Source of the DNA: Candidatus Latescibacterota bacterium
GTDB taxonomy: Bacteria > Latescibacterota > UBA2968 > UBA8231
DNA length: 64,000 bases
Reading direction: 5' to 3'
Assembly: GCA_965243025.1 (NCBI GenBank)
Contig: CBDETY010000003.1
Coordinates: forward strand, 4,960,001 to 5,024,000
Under the pieces are notes generated by a model. It was not told where the DNA came from. It searched no databases and saw nothing but the letters and a program-made list of their open reading frames with translations. Positions 32,364-42,264 of this stretch are shown one piece after another. Position 1 is the first letter of the stretch. Each line of letters opens with the position of its first letter. The translations under genes were made by a program, and so were the position numbers.

Positions 32364-33401
32364 TCAGCCGCTGTTGACTTCGATCTGGCGGTCGGCTCCC
32401 CGCAGGGGCAGCGCCGTCCAGGCGGCGTCGCGGCGGTGGGAGGCGTGAAAGGCGACGATGGTTTCGAGGGTGTCGACCGCCTCCTGCGCGTCGTAGGGAA
32501 AGGGGCCGTTGCCGTCGAGCCAGTCGACGATCTCCCCCACGGCGACGTCCATGGACGGTCTCTGCGGCCCCGAAGTGAGGCGCTCACTGCCGCCGTCCGA
32601 CTCGATTGAAATCCTGTCGGACTCGCAGACCGCCCTGGCCCTGGCCCCGTTGAGGCAGAAGCGCATCGGGATGGTCGCGTAATCGGCGGCGTCGACGGTG
32701 ACGATCACCCCTCCTTCGAGGCGGAGCAGGCCCCAGCCTCCCGGATCGCTGAAGGCCGGACCGCGGCAGTCCGGCCTGCCGGCGAGATCCAGGGTGCCGG
32801 ACACGGCTTCGACCCTGCGGCCCGAGAGCATGCGCACGGCGTCGAACACGTGGGTGCCGACGTTCCCCAGCCGGCCTGACGGCCATTGCACCGAGATCGA
32901 AGTCAGGTCGCCGAGATCCCCGGCGGCGATGCGGTCCCGCAATGCGCGGAAGTCGGCGGTGAAGCGGCGGTTGTGGTTGACGGCCAGCAGCGTCCCGGAT
33001 GCCGCGCAGGCATCGAGCATCGCCTCGGCGTCGGCCATGGTCCGGGCCACCGGTTTTTCGCAGTAGACCACCTTTACCCCGGACCGGGCGCAGGCGACGG
33101 CGACCTCGGCGTGCTGCGGGGCGTAGGTGGCGACGCTGGCGATGTCGATCCGCTCCCGGTCGAGGAGCTCGCGCCAGTCGGCGTAGGTGCGGCAGCCCCC
33201 GGAGCGTTCGGCGAAGCGCTGCCGCCGGCCCTCGTCGCGGCTGCTGCCGGCGACCAGCTCGATTCGGGGATGCCGCGAAAGGGCGCTGAAGTGGGTGCCG
33301 TCGAGATCCTCCACGCGCTGCCCGAGGGCGTCCCCAGAGACCTGGTCGCCTCCGCCGATGAAACCGAGGCCGACGATGGCGGCGTTGTAGGTGTCAGGCA
33401 T
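32364..33401 (-). CDS. Gfo/Idh/MocA family oxidoreductase
   Basis: Motifs IVGLGFIG, CEKP, VNHNRRF and GTHVFD. Start placed at ATG 33401. Confidence 0.9.
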   Translation of the reverse strand: MPDTYNAAIVGLGFIGGGDQVSGDALGQRVEDLDGTHFSALSRHPRIELVAGSSRDEGRRQRFAERSGGCRTYADWRELLDRERIDIASVATYAPQHAEVAVACARSGVKVVYCEKPVARTMADAEAMLDACAASGTLLAVNHNRRFTADFRALRDRIAAGDLGDLTSISVQWPSGRLGNVGTHVFDAVRMLSGRRVEAVSGTLDLAGRPDCRGPAFSDPGGWGLLRLEGGVIVTVDAADYATIPMRFCLNGARARAVCESDRISIESDGGSERLTSGPQRPSMDVAVGEIVDWLDGNGPFPYDAQEAVDTLETIVAFHASHRRDAAWTALPLRGADRQIEVNSG

Positions 33402-34506
33402 CGCCGCGGTCCCCTCCCTGGCGTTCCACGAGATCGGCGAGCACCTCTTCGTCGACCTCGACACCCCAACCCGGTTTTTCCGGCACGTCGATATGTCCGC
33501 CGGAGGGTTCCGGCACGCCTTTCAGCAGCGGCACCACGTCGTCGGGGCGGCGCGGGTACTCGAGCATTTCGAAGTTGGGGGTGCAGGCCCCCAGGTGCAG
33601 GCCGACCAGGGTCGAGATGGGACCGTTGGGATTGTGGGGAAGCACCCGCACGTGGTAGGTCTCGGCCATGGCGGCGATCTTGCGCCCCTCGGCGAAGCCG
33701 CCGCAGTGGCAGAGGTCGGGCTGAATGTAGTCGGCGGCCTGTTTTTCGAGCAGGTCGCGGAACCCCCAGCGGGTGTAGAGCCGCTCGCCGGTGGCGATCG
33801 GAACGTTCACCGAGGCCGCCACCTTGGCCATCTCGTCGACGTTCTCCGGCGCTACCGGCTCCTCGAAGAAGAAGGGATCGAACTCCTCGAAACGGTGGGC
33901 CATGCGGATCGCCATGTTGGGACTGAGGCGCCCGTGCCCCTCGATCAGCAGGCCGGCGTCGGGACCGATCGCCTCGCGGGTGGCGCGCACGCGGTCGACG
34001 GCGAGGCGCATCTCCTGCGGGCTCATGGACTGGTGGGCGTTGCCGAGGGGATCGAACTTGACCGCCGGGAAACCCGCGGCAATGGCCTCGGCCGCGGAAG
34101 CGGCGAAATCGCCGGGGGTCGTGTCGCCGAAGCGGGTGTGGGTGTACAGCTTGATGCGGTCGCGCACCCTTCCTCCGAGCAGCTCGTACACCGGCACGCC
34201 GAGCTGCCTGCCCTTGATGTCCCACAGCGCCTGCTCGACCGCGCTTACCGCGGAGTACCAGATCGGTCCGCCGCGCCAGAAGGTGTCGCGGATTCCGAAC
34301 GCCAGCCAGAAGGCCTCGATGCGGCCCGGGTCGCGCCCGACGAGGTCCATCTGGCCGACCGCATGCGCCACCGTGTCGCGGTGGCAGTCGGAGGCGACCT
34401 CCCCCAGTCCGGTTACGCCCTCGTCGGTATGGACGAGCACGAGGTACCCCAGCTCTGCGTGCCGGAGGGCAGGCACGCGCACGGTCTGAACGCCGGTGAT
34501 CTTCAT
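33394..34506 (-). CDS. Galactonate dehydratase (DgoD)-like enolase-superfamily enzyme
   Basis: Motifs TDEGVTGLGE, FWRGGP, EQALWDIKG, IEGHGR, FEEP, ATGERL, QPD and PHNP. Confidence 0.88.
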   Translation of the reverse strand: MKITGVQTVRVPALRHAELGYLVLVHTDEGVTGLGEVASDCHRDTVAHAVGQMDLVGRDPGRIEAFWLAFGIRDTFWRGGPIWYSAVSAVEQALWDIKGRQLGVPVYELLGGRVRDRIKLYTHTRFGDTTPGDFAASAAEAIAAGFPAVKFDPLGNAHQSMSPQEMRLAVDRVRATREAIGPDAGLLIEGHGRLSPNMAIRMAHRFEEFDPFFFEEPVAPENVDEMAKVAASVNVPIATGERLYTRWGFRDLLEKQAADYIQPDLCHCGGFAEGRKIAAMAETYHVRVLPHNPNGPISTLVGLHLGACTPNFEMLEYPRRPDDVVPLLKGVPEPSGGHIDVPEKPGWGVEVDEEVLADLVERQGGDRGDA

Positions 34507-34572
34507 TTGGAATAGGCTGGAGGTCGGGGGGTATGCCGAGGGCTACAATTCTCGCCGCAGGGAGGAGGGGGG

Positions 34573-35839
34573 TCAAGAAACAGAGTGGCGCTCGCTCTGC
34601 ACGTCGCGCAGCGACCCGAAGCGGCGCAGCCGCGGCGAGGCGGCTGCCGTGATGGCGACAACCAGGATGGAGCCGATACCGCCGCTGACCACTGAGAAGA
34701 CCGGGCCGAACCAGTGCGCGACGAGACCCGACTCCATGCCGCCGAGGTTGTTGGAAGCGGAGATGAAGACGCTGTTGACCGCGGTGATGCGCCCCCGCAT
34801 CTCGTCGGGGGTCAGCAGCTGAACGAGGGTGTGGCGGATCACCATGCTCACCTGGTCGAAGGCGCCGGTGAGAAACAGCATGGCCAGCGACAGCCAGAAC
34901 GACAGTCGACAGGCCGAAGACGATCGTCGCCATCCCGAATCCGGCGACGCACAACAGGAGATTGCGGCCGCTCCTCCGCATCGGCGGCAGGTGGGCGAGA
35001 AGGATGGCCATGCAGAAAGCCCCTGCGGCCGGGGCGGCGCGAAGCCAGCCGAGGCCGCCGGGTCCCACCTCCAGGATGTCCCTGGCGAAGATGGGAAGCA
35101 GGTAGACGGCGCCGCCGAACAGCACGGCGAACATGTCGAGGCTGACCGCGGAGAGCACCAGCCGCGAGCGCCAGATGTAGCGGACACCCCCGAGAATCAC
35201 GGCGGCGGAGGTGGGGGCCGCCGGGCGGCGGTCTCGCTGCAGGCGGATGCGGCCGAACATGAAGATGAAGACGAGGGAGCCGGCGGCGGCGCAGAGATAG
35301 GCGGCGGGAACCGACCAGACGATTACCAGTCCGCCGGCAGCCGGACCCAGGACCGATGTCAGCTGCCACATGCTGCTGTTCCAGGTGACGGCGTTGTGAA
35401 AGACCGCCCGCGGCACGATCTGCGGCAGCAGGGCGGTGCGCGCCGGGCTTCCGAGGACGTTGGATGCCGCATCGAGAAGCAGCAGGGCGTACATCGCCTC
35501 GACCGGTCCCTCGGCGATCGACAGGGCCGCCAGCCCCAGGGAGGTGAGGGTGGCGCCGGTCAGGCTGAGCAGGGCCACGCGGCGCCGGTCGAAGCGGTCG
35601 GCCAGGTACCCCGCGGGAAGCGCCAGGGCCATCCAGGGCAACGCCTGCACGAGGCCGACCATCCCCAGGGCCAGGGCCTCGCCGGTGCGCTGGTACATCT
35701 CCCAGCCGACGGCTATTTCCTGAACGTGGGTGCCGACGGCGAGACCGACGCGGCCGTACAGGTAGCGGCGGAAGTCGGCTACCCTGAAGGCGGCGTACGG
35801 ATCGTGAGTCCCGGGGCCCATCCCCTGACCGCGGCTCAC
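34573..35839 (-). pseudogene. MFS transporter (EntS/DHA3-like) interrupted by a one-base frameshift near 34904
   Basis: The N-part reads ...GYLADRFDRR...LDMFAVLFGG...ATIVFGLST and the C-part reads SFWLSLAMLFLTGAFDQVSMVIRHTLVQLLTPDEMRGR...SN.LG..ESG. Removing one base from ACT-G-TCG restores a single reading frame. Confidence 0.75.
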
Positions 35840-35900
35840 GCCCGCCCGAGGCCGGCAGGCCGAACCTGCCCGAAAGCGGTCGGCCGCCGCTTTCCCCGGC

Positions 35901-36809
35901 TCATTCCAGGTCGAGCGACTTGCTCAACTGCCAGGTCCAGTCGACGACGCGGTAGCCGTGATTGCTGTAGAAGAGAAAGGCGCGGTTGTTGTGGCGGGCG
36001 GTGCTGATGGCGGTGTGGCGGTATCCGGCGGCGAGCATCTCGTTGCGGGCGCGGAACAACAACAGCTTTCCCAGGCCCCGGTGCTGGTACGGCTCCTCCA
36101 CACCCAGCCAGTTGACGAAGCCGTAGTCCTGGGCATCGGGGTGCCGCGAGTAGTCGCCGCCGCAGGCGATCTCGCATTCTCCCATGGTTTCGCCGTCCCG
36201 CTGCGCCACGACGCGGCAGCCGGGGCGCAGGCCCCTTTCCCGGGGCCAGGCGACCGTCAGGTCGAAGTCGAGGTCGAGGCGCGGCAGCCCGGCCGCTTCG
36301 TAGTCGAGCCCGTTGAGAAAGACCTCGCCCCCCGTGAGCCGGTAGCCGTTGAACTGCAGCAGGGCGCTGACGTGATCGAGGCGGTCGGAGAGGTAGGCGT
36401 GGGGAAAGCAGTAGAAGCGGTAGCGGTAACTGGAGTCGAAGGCGCAGACCTCGGTCAGGGATCGCGCCGCGAACGCACTCTCGGCCGCGGCGAGCAGTTT
36501 CTGGCCGGCGGCGCGGCAGCCGCGCTCGTAGCAGAGAAAGCAGATCGCCCCGCGAGGAGCCTCCTCGGGGTCCCGGCGGTCGATGCCGGTGTGCGCGAAT
36601 CCGACGACCTCACCCCCGAGGGCGGCCACGGACAGTGCCTGGTCCTCGACAGGGGGTCCTCCGTCGCTTTCGCCTCCCGAGACCGCGGCGACCGCCCCGG
36701 CGAAATCCGCCTCCTCCACCGGCCAGCAGTTGGGCACGCCGGCGACGCCGCGGTTGAAGAGGCCGGCGACGTCACCCAGCATTTCCGTCCTGTAGTCGAG
36801 GATTTCCAC
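35901..36809 (-). CDS. Tandem-domain GNAT N-acetyltransferase
   Basis: LGVEEPYQHRGLGK acetyl-CoA motif and N.RA..FY...GY. Confidence 0.82.
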   Translation of the reverse strand: MEILDYRTEMLGDVAGLFNRGVAGVPNCWPVEEADFAGAVAAVSGGESDGGPPVEDQALSVAALGGEVVGFAHTGIDRRDPEEAPRGAICFLCYERGCRAAGQKLLAAAESAFAARSLTEVCAFDSSYRYRFYCFPHAYLSDRLDHVSALLQFNGYRLTGGEVFLNGLDYEAAGLPRLDLDFDLTVAWPRERGLRPGCRVVAQRDGETMGECEIACGGDYSRHPDAQDYGFVNWLGVEEPYQHRGLGKLLLFRARNEMLAAGYRHTAISTARHNNRAFLFYSNHGYRVVDWTWQLSKSLDLE

Positions 36810-36815
36810 AGCCGG

Positions 36816-37094
36816 TCAGGAGTTTCCCAGGCGTTTCTCCAGCTCACCGCGGCGTTCGAGCTCGTCGAGCGCCTCCTCGGTGCCCAGGTACTCCCCGTCG
36901 ACGAAGATCTGCGGGATCGTGCCGTCCCCGCCCGTTCGGCGCAGCATTTCCCTGTAGTTTGCGGTCGGCAGCTTGAAACCGAAGTAAAAGCGGATCGGGA
37001 TCCTGGTGTAGCGAATCCCCTTTCGCCGCAGCATCAGCCGCGCCTTCCAGCAGTACCCGCAGAACGGGCTGAGGTAGATTTCGACTTTCGGCAT
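36816..37094 (-). CDS. Glutaredoxin (Grx3-like)
   Basis: CGYC active site and TIPQIFVDG. Start placed at ATG 37094. Confidence 0.85.
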   Translation of the reverse strand: MPKVEIYLSPFCGYCWKARLMLRRKGIRYTRIPIRFYFGFKLPTANYREMLRRTGGDGTIPQIFVDGEYLGTEEALDELERRGELEKRLGNS

Positions 37095-37480
37095 ATCCAC
37101 GGAAAGAAAGCATCGCGAAGCCGGCGCTCAAAGGCACCATTGCCAACCGGGAAGTGGACGCGTCGACCAAATGCGACCCGGAAAACCCGGGAAACGCGGA
37201 GCCCCCGCCGCTGTAACCTGCCGGAAACGGGGTGTGTGCCGTGCGTTGCATACAGCCGCCGGACCGGTCCGGAGAATCCCGCTTTCGGCGACCGCGTCGA
37301 TGCAGCTGGGTCCGGAAACCCCGGGGATCCCCTACAAAAAAACTGACCCTGTACCAGATTACTGAGTGCGGCCGTTGCTTCTCGATCCGGCGGACGCATG
37401 GTCGCCTCCCCTGCACGTTTTCCCCAACCGCCAAGTGCGGCAACAAGTTGGCTCGAAGAACCAGTGTCATACCCGGTTTT

Positions 37481-37496
37481 TGGCACGGGATTTGCA
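37481..37496 (+). promoter_or_regulatory. Sigma-54 (-24/-12) promoter
   Basis: TGGCAC-GGGAT-TTGCA is an exact match to TGGCAC-N5-TTGCA, 44 nt before the GTG start at 37541. Confidence 0.8.
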
Positions 37497-37540
37497 CGTT
37501 GGGAGCAGGTGCAATTGGAGCTTATCGCGGGAGGAAGATC

Positions 37541-37765
37541 GTGGCCCACTACAGGTACAAAGGCGCGGAAGGAAGAGCCGGCGAGATAACCGTCATCGAG
37601 GACAGCAGCCTGTTTACCAGGGACACCAGGGGTAACTGGTCCCCAGGCTTCGAGTTCATCGACAGCCACACCGTGAAGGCGCACCCGTTCATCATCGACG
37701 CCCTGATCGAAGATGCCGAGCGCCTGTGGTCGATGGAGGAAGTGCTCGCCGAGCTGGCTGCCTGA
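37541..37765 (+). CDS. Small hypothetical protein (74 aa)
   Basis: GGAGGA RBS, GTG start, high GC at third codon positions and an upstream sigma-54 promoter. Confidence 0.7.
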   Translation: MAHYRYKGAEGRAGEITVIEDSSLFTRDTRGNWSPGFEFIDSHTVKAHPFIIDALIEDAERLWSMEEVLAELAA

Positions 37766-37839
37766 GCGCACCTTTCCCGGGGGTTGCTGCAGTGCGGGGA
37801 AGCCCAACCGCGGCGGCAGGCTCGAAGGGCTTCGGGGAG

Positions 37840-39468
37840 TTACAGCGCCGCGGCCCGCTCGCGCAGCAGGTATTTCCGGATCTTTCCGGTCGATGTTTTT
37901 GGAAGCTCGCCGAAAACCACCGTCCTCGGGGCCTTGAAATGAGCGAGGTTGTCGCGGCAGTATCCGATGAGCTCGTCGGCGGTGACCGGTTCCGCTGACG
38001 GGGCAAGGGCGACGAAGGCGCAGGGGGTCTCGCCCCACTTGTCGTCGGGCCGGGCGACCACCGCGGCTTCCATCACCGCGGGGTGGCGGTAAAGGACCTC
38101 TTCCACCTCGAGGGTCGAGATGTTCTCACCGCCCGAGATGATGATGTCCTTGGAGCGGTCCTTCACCTCGACATATCCGTCCTCGTGGACGACTCCGAGG
38201 TCGCCGCTGCGGAACCACCCCCCGGCAAAGGCGGCGCGCGAAGCCTCCCCGTTCTTGAGGTAACCCTTCATCACGGTGTTTCCGCGCACCATGATCTCCC
38301 CGATGGTCGCCGCGTCCGCGGGGACCTCCTCCAGGCTTTCCGGATCGCATACGCGCACCTCCTCGAGCGTCGGCATGGCCACCCCCTGACGGGCGATCCG
38401 TTCGGCCTGCGAATTTTCGTCGAGACCGTCCCAGTCCTGCTGCCAGGCGCACAGCGTCGCCGGGCCGTAGGTCTCGGTCAGTCCGTACAGGTGGTGCACC
38501 CGGAACCCCATCTCCGCCATGCCGGCGATGACCGCGCTCGGGGGGGAGGCTCCCCCGGAGGCGACCTGCACCTCGTGGTCGAAACGCCGTTTCACCTCGT
38601 CCGGGGCGTGGATGAGCATGTTGAGCACCACCGGAGCCGCGCACAGCTGGGTTACTCCATGACGGGCTATTGCGGCAAAGATCGCCGCCGGTTCGGTCCT
38701 GCGCAGGCAGACCTGGGTGGCCCCCGCCGCGGCCAGCGCCCAGGGGTGGCACCATCCGTTGCAGTGGAACATCGGCAGCGTCCACAGGTATACGGTGCGC
38801 GGGCTCAACTGCAGGGCCATGACGTTGCCGAGCGCGTTCAGGTAGGCGCCGCGGTGGTGGTAGACCACCCCCTTGGGGTTGCCGGTGGTGCCGGAGGTGT
38901 AGTTGAGGGAGATCGCCTGCCATTCGTCTTCGGGCGGTTCCCAGGCGAAGTCGGGGGCGCCCCGGGCGCGGAACTCTTCGTATTCGACCTCGCCGACGGC
39001 GCCGCTCCCGCCCTCCCCGTCAGCGAACTCGTCATCGATGGCGACGACCAGCGGCGCTTTCCCCTTCAATCGGGAGAGCGCCTCGGCGGCGAGGCCGGCC
39101 AGCTCGCTGTCGACGAGCAGCACCCTGGCTTCCCCGTGGGAGAGGATGAAGGCCACGGCGGCGGCGTCGAGGCGGGTGTTGATCGTGTTGAGGACCGCCC
39201 CGCTCATTGGCACGGCAAAGTGGGCTTCCACCATGGCCGGAACGTTCGGCGCGAGCACCGATACCGTGTCGCCAATGCCGACGCCGGATTCGCGCAGCGC
39301 CGACGCCAGCTGGCGGCAGCGGCCGTACAGGGTGCCGTAGTCGCGCCCATGCCCGCCGTAGATGACGGCATTCCTGGCGGGGTATACCCGGGCCGCCCGC
39401 GCCAGGAAGCTCAGGGGCGTCAGCGGCACGTAGTTGGCGGGCCGTCGCTGCAGGTCTCTTTCGTACAT
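37840..39468 (-). CDS. Acyl-CoA synthetase (AMP-forming)
   Basis: Motifs PLTPLSFL, YTSGTTGNPKGV, LPMFHCNGW, YGLTE, SGD, DRSKDIIISGGENI and LPKTSTGK. Confidence 0.93.
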   Translation of the reverse strand: MYERDLQRRPANYVPLTPLSFLARAARVYPARNAVIYGGHGRDYGTLYGRCRQLASALRESGVGIGDTVSVLAPNVPAMVEAHFAVPMSGAVLNTINTRLDAAAVAFILSHGEARVLLVDSELAGLAAEALSRLKGKAPLVVAIDDEFADGEGGSGAVGEVEYEEFRARGAPDFAWEPPEDEWQAISLNYTSGTTGNPKGVVYHHRGAYLNALGNVMALQLSPRTVYLWTLPMFHCNGWCHPWALAAAGATQVCLRRTEPAAIFAAIARHGVTQLCAAPVVLNMLIHAPDEVKRRFDHEVQVASGGASPPSAVIAGMAEMGFRVHHLYGLTETYGPATLCAWQQDWDGLDENSQAERIARQGVAMPTLEEVRVCDPESLEEVPADAATIGEIMVRGNTVMKGYLKNGEASRAAFAGGWFRSGDLGVVHEDGYVEVKDRSKDIIISGGENISTLEVEEVLYRHPAVMEAAVVARPDDKWGETPCAFVALAPSAEPVTADELIGYCRDNLAHFKAPRTVVFGELPKTSTGKIRKYLLRERAAAL

Positions 39469-39487
39469 GGTGTGAAACCCCGGGTCG

Positions 39488-40681
39488 TCAGCCGTCTCCG
39501 CCGAACCCGGGCGGCTCCCGTTTCAGGGGCTTGTCCTCCCGGTAGCCGAGTGCGTACTCGGCCTGCAGGACCTGGTGAATCTCTTCGGTCCCCTCGTAGA
39601 TGCGGGCCCCGCGGGCGTTGCGCAGGTAGCGCTCCACCGGGTACTCGTCGCTGTACCCGCGCGCCCCGTGAATCTGCACCGCGGCGTCCGCCGCGGCGAA
39701 GGCGTTGCGGCAGTTGATCCACTTGGCCAGCGAGACCTCGCGGGTGCAGCGCCGGCCGCGGTTTTTCAACCAGGCGACCTTGTTCCAGAGCAGGCGGCCG
39801 ATGTCCCTGCCGGCGGCCATCTCGGCGATTTTCTGCTGCACGAGCTGCTGCCTGCCGATCGGCCTGCCGAACGCCTGCCGTTCGCGGGCGAAGCTCGAGC
39901 CCGCCTCGAGGCAGGCCTCGATCAGCCCGACGGCTCCGGCCGCCACCGTGAAGCGCCCGTTGTCGAGGGCGCTCATCGCGATCCTGAAGCCGTCTCCCTC
40001 GTCCCCGAGGCGGTTTTCCACCGCGACAGCCGCGTCGCGCAGGGAAATGCCGCCGGTGGTGCCGGCGCGTCCCCCGAGCTTGTGCTCGATGCTCGACGTC
40101 CGCAGTCCCGGGTTGCCGCGTTCCACGATGAACGCGGACAGACCGCTGCTGCCCGGGCCCGGCCCGGTCCTGGCGAATATCAGAAAGTGATCGGCGGCGC
40201 CGGCAAAGCCGATCCAGCTCTTGTCCCCGTTGAGGATGTAGGCATCACCCTCGCGCCTGGCGCTGCACCGGAGTGCCGCTACGTCGCTGCCGGCTTCCGG
40301 TTCGGTCAGCCCGAAGGCTGCCAGCTTCTCGCCGCGCGCCTGCGGCCGCAGGTAGCGCCGCTTCTGCTCTTCGCTGCCCCATTGCAGCAGCGCCAGCGAG
40401 TTGAGGCCGAGGTGAACGGAGAGCAGTACCCGGAAGGCGGTGTCGGCGCGCTCCAGCTCCTCGCACAACAGCCCGAGGGCGAGGAAGTCCTCCCCCCGGC
40501 CACCTTCGGACCCGGGGATGCACAGTCCGAGGAATCCCTCTGCTGCCAGCTTTGCGACCATGCCCTCCGGGAAGCATCCGGCCCGGTCCCAGGCCCGGAT
40601 ATGGGGGGCTATCTCACGGTCGCAGAACTCCCTCGCCCGGCGGCGCAGTTCGTAATGGTTCCTGTCGAGGGAGAACTCCAT
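39488..40681 (-). CDS. Acyl-CoA dehydrogenase
   Basis: Motifs FGLTEPEAGSD, NGDKSWI, R.AFGRPIG, QIHGARGY and IYEGT. Confidence 0.92.
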   Translation of the reverse strand: MEFSLDRNHYELRRRAREFCDREIAPHIRAWDRAGCFPEGMVAKLAAEGFLGLCIPGSEGGRGEDFLALGLLCEELERADTAFRVLLSVHLGLNSLALLQWGSEEQKRRYLRPQARGEKLAAFGLTEPEAGSDVAALRCSARREGDAYILNGDKSWIGFAGAADHFLIFARTGPGPGSSGLSAFIVERGNPGLRTSSIEHKLGGRAGTTGGISLRDAAVAVENRLGDEGDGFRIAMSALDNGRFTVAAGAVGLIEACLEAGSSFARERQAFGRPIGRQQLVQQKIAEMAAGRDIGRLLWNKVAWLKNRGRRCTREVSLAKWINCRNAFAAADAAVQIHGARGYSDEYPVERYLRNARGARIYEGTEEIHQVLQAEYALGYREDKPLKREPPGFGGDG

Positions 40682-40756
40682 GGGTTTCCATCCGGTTGCG
40701 TCCGAAGGTTGCTCGACGGGGGCGTCGATCCCCCCGGGCAGGTGCCGGCAGCGCGG

Positions 40757-42253
40757 TCAGCCTGCGTAGCCGGCCTTGCGCATCTCCTCTCCCAGCGGTC
40801 TGGGAAACCGGCGCCGCCAGCCCCGGGCGCCGAACCGGGGATCGGCGGACATGTCGGAGACGTACACCTGCTTGTCGAGGTGGCCGAACTCTATCGAGCG
40901 CATGACCTGCGAGGTTATTGCGGCGTCGAGACCGCGGAACAGTTCCCCCCCTTCCCCGCGCTGCAGCAGGTCGCGCTGCTCCCCCGGGTCTTCGGCGAGA
41001 TCGAACATCAGCGACTCGCCTGTCGAGTACTTGGCCAGCCTGGTGCGGCCGTCGTACGCCATCCAGGCGCCCCCGAGCATGCCGATCAGAACGTCGCGTC
41101 GCCGCGTCGGGAGGCCGAGACCGGGAAGCGGCAGCGAGTCCATGAATCCCGGCGGATCGACGCCGGCGAAAGCGAGCAGGGTGGCGGTGACGTCGGTCAG
41201 CGACACCAGGTCGCTGCAGCGGCTCGCAGGCGGAAGACGGGAGTCCCCGCCGCTGCTTCGAGGCGGCCTGACGACGAGCGGAATGTGGCAGCTGCTCTCG
41301 AAGAAGGTCCCCTTTCCGATGAGGTTGTGGTCGCCGAGGCTGTCCCCGTGATCGGAGGTGAACAGGACCAGCGTGTCGTCGAGGGTCCCGTTTTCTTCCA
41401 GGACCGCCAGAATCTCACCGACCTGGTCGTCGATCTGCTTCACCATCGCCGCGTAATGGGCGCGAATCCTGCGCTTGTGGGCCTCGGTGAACTCGCTGTA
41501 GTCGACGCCGTTCCAGGGAAGCTTGTTGCCCTCGACGTTGAGGCGGCGGAGTTCGGGGTGATCCCCCTCCACTTCCGGAACCGCGGCAGGCATGTCCGCC
41601 TCGTCGAATTGCGCGAGGTATTCCGGGGTAGGGTCGTACGGGCAGTGAGGCCCCGGAAAGCTCACCATCGCGGCGAACGGCCGGCTGCCGCAGGTGCGCA
41701 GAAAAGCGGCGGCCTCGCGGCCGACGAAGCGGTCCCAGTAGCACTCCCAGGGGAGCAGGCTGACGATCGCTCCGCGGTTCTCGAAATATCCCTCGTGCTC
41801 GTTGCCGTGGTACTTGCGGAGGCCGCGGCGGGCGAGGAAGTGGAAGTAGTCGTCCTCGATCAGGAGCCAGCGCTTGTCTTCGCAGATGACGCGGTGGTCG
41901 AAGCCGAGCGCCTCGTCCCAGGGATAGAAATGCATCTTGCCGATGGCGCCGGTGAAGTACCCGGCAGCCGACAGCATAAGGGGCCAGGTGGGCAGACCTG
42001 CTTCGGCGTGGTCCGGGCGCAGGAACTGGCCGTTGTTGGTTACCCCCGTCTTGACGGCGTCCAGGCCGGTCAGCAGGGCGACGCGGGCGGACACGCAGAC
42101 CGGATGGGGGCTGTAAGCCTGTTCGTACAGCACTCCCTCGCGCGCGATGCGGTCGATGTTCGGAGTTGCGACGAATGGGGCGCCGTAGCAGCCGAGGAAG
42201 TCGTGGCGCAGCTGGTCGGCGATGATGAACAGGAGATTCGGTCTGGCCGGCAC
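40757..42253 (-). CDS. Sulfatase (Cys-type, formylglycine-dependent)
   Basis: Motifs PNLLFIIADQLR, TPNID, CVSAR.ALLTG, GKMH, PH.PY and TSDHG. Probable GTG start at 42253. Confidence 0.9.
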   Translation of the reverse strand: MPARPNLLFIIADQLRHDFLGCYGAPFVATPNIDRIAREGVLYEQAYSPHPVCVSARVALLTGLDAVKTGVTNNGQFLRPDHAEAGLPTWPLMLSAAGYFTGAIGKMHFYPWDEALGFDHRVICEDKRWLLIEDDYFHFLARRGLRKYHGNEHEGYFENRGAIVSLLPWECYWDRFVGREAAAFLRTCGSRPFAAMVSFPGPHCPYDPTPEYLAQFDEADMPAAVPEVEGDHPELRRLNVEGNKLPWNGVDYSEFTEAHKRRIRAHYAAMVKQIDDQVGEILAVLEENGTLDDTLVLFTSDHGDSLGDHNLIGKGTFFESSCHIPLVVRPPRSSGGDSRLPPASRCSDLVSLTDVTATLLAFAGVDPPGFMDSLPLPGLGLPTRRRDVLIGMLGGAWMAYDGRTRLAKYSTGESLMFDLAEDPGEQRDLLQRGEGGELFRGLDAAITSQVMRSIEFGHLDKQVYVSDMSADPRFGARGWRRRFPRPLGEEMRKAGYAG

Positions 42254-42264
42254 GGTCGCGAAGG

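Noticed and set aside
33074-35839. 921-aa MFS fusion ORF
   Set aside because: Caused by the frameshift near 34904; the tail is out-of-frame, Arg/Pro-rich read-through over the DgoD-like gene.
35854-35894. Two short tandem GC hairpins between the GNAT and MFS genes (similar ones near 32300)
   Set aside because: Short stems with no U-tract and no repetition elsewhere in the window; expected by chance at this GC content.
37145-37225. GCCCCCGCCGCTGTAA resembling part of a cobalamin riboswitch
   Set aside because: The upstream GGGAA-xxxGGTG-RAA-xCC core and the downstream B12 box were not found, and no B12-related gene follows. An Infernal search with RF00174 would settle it.
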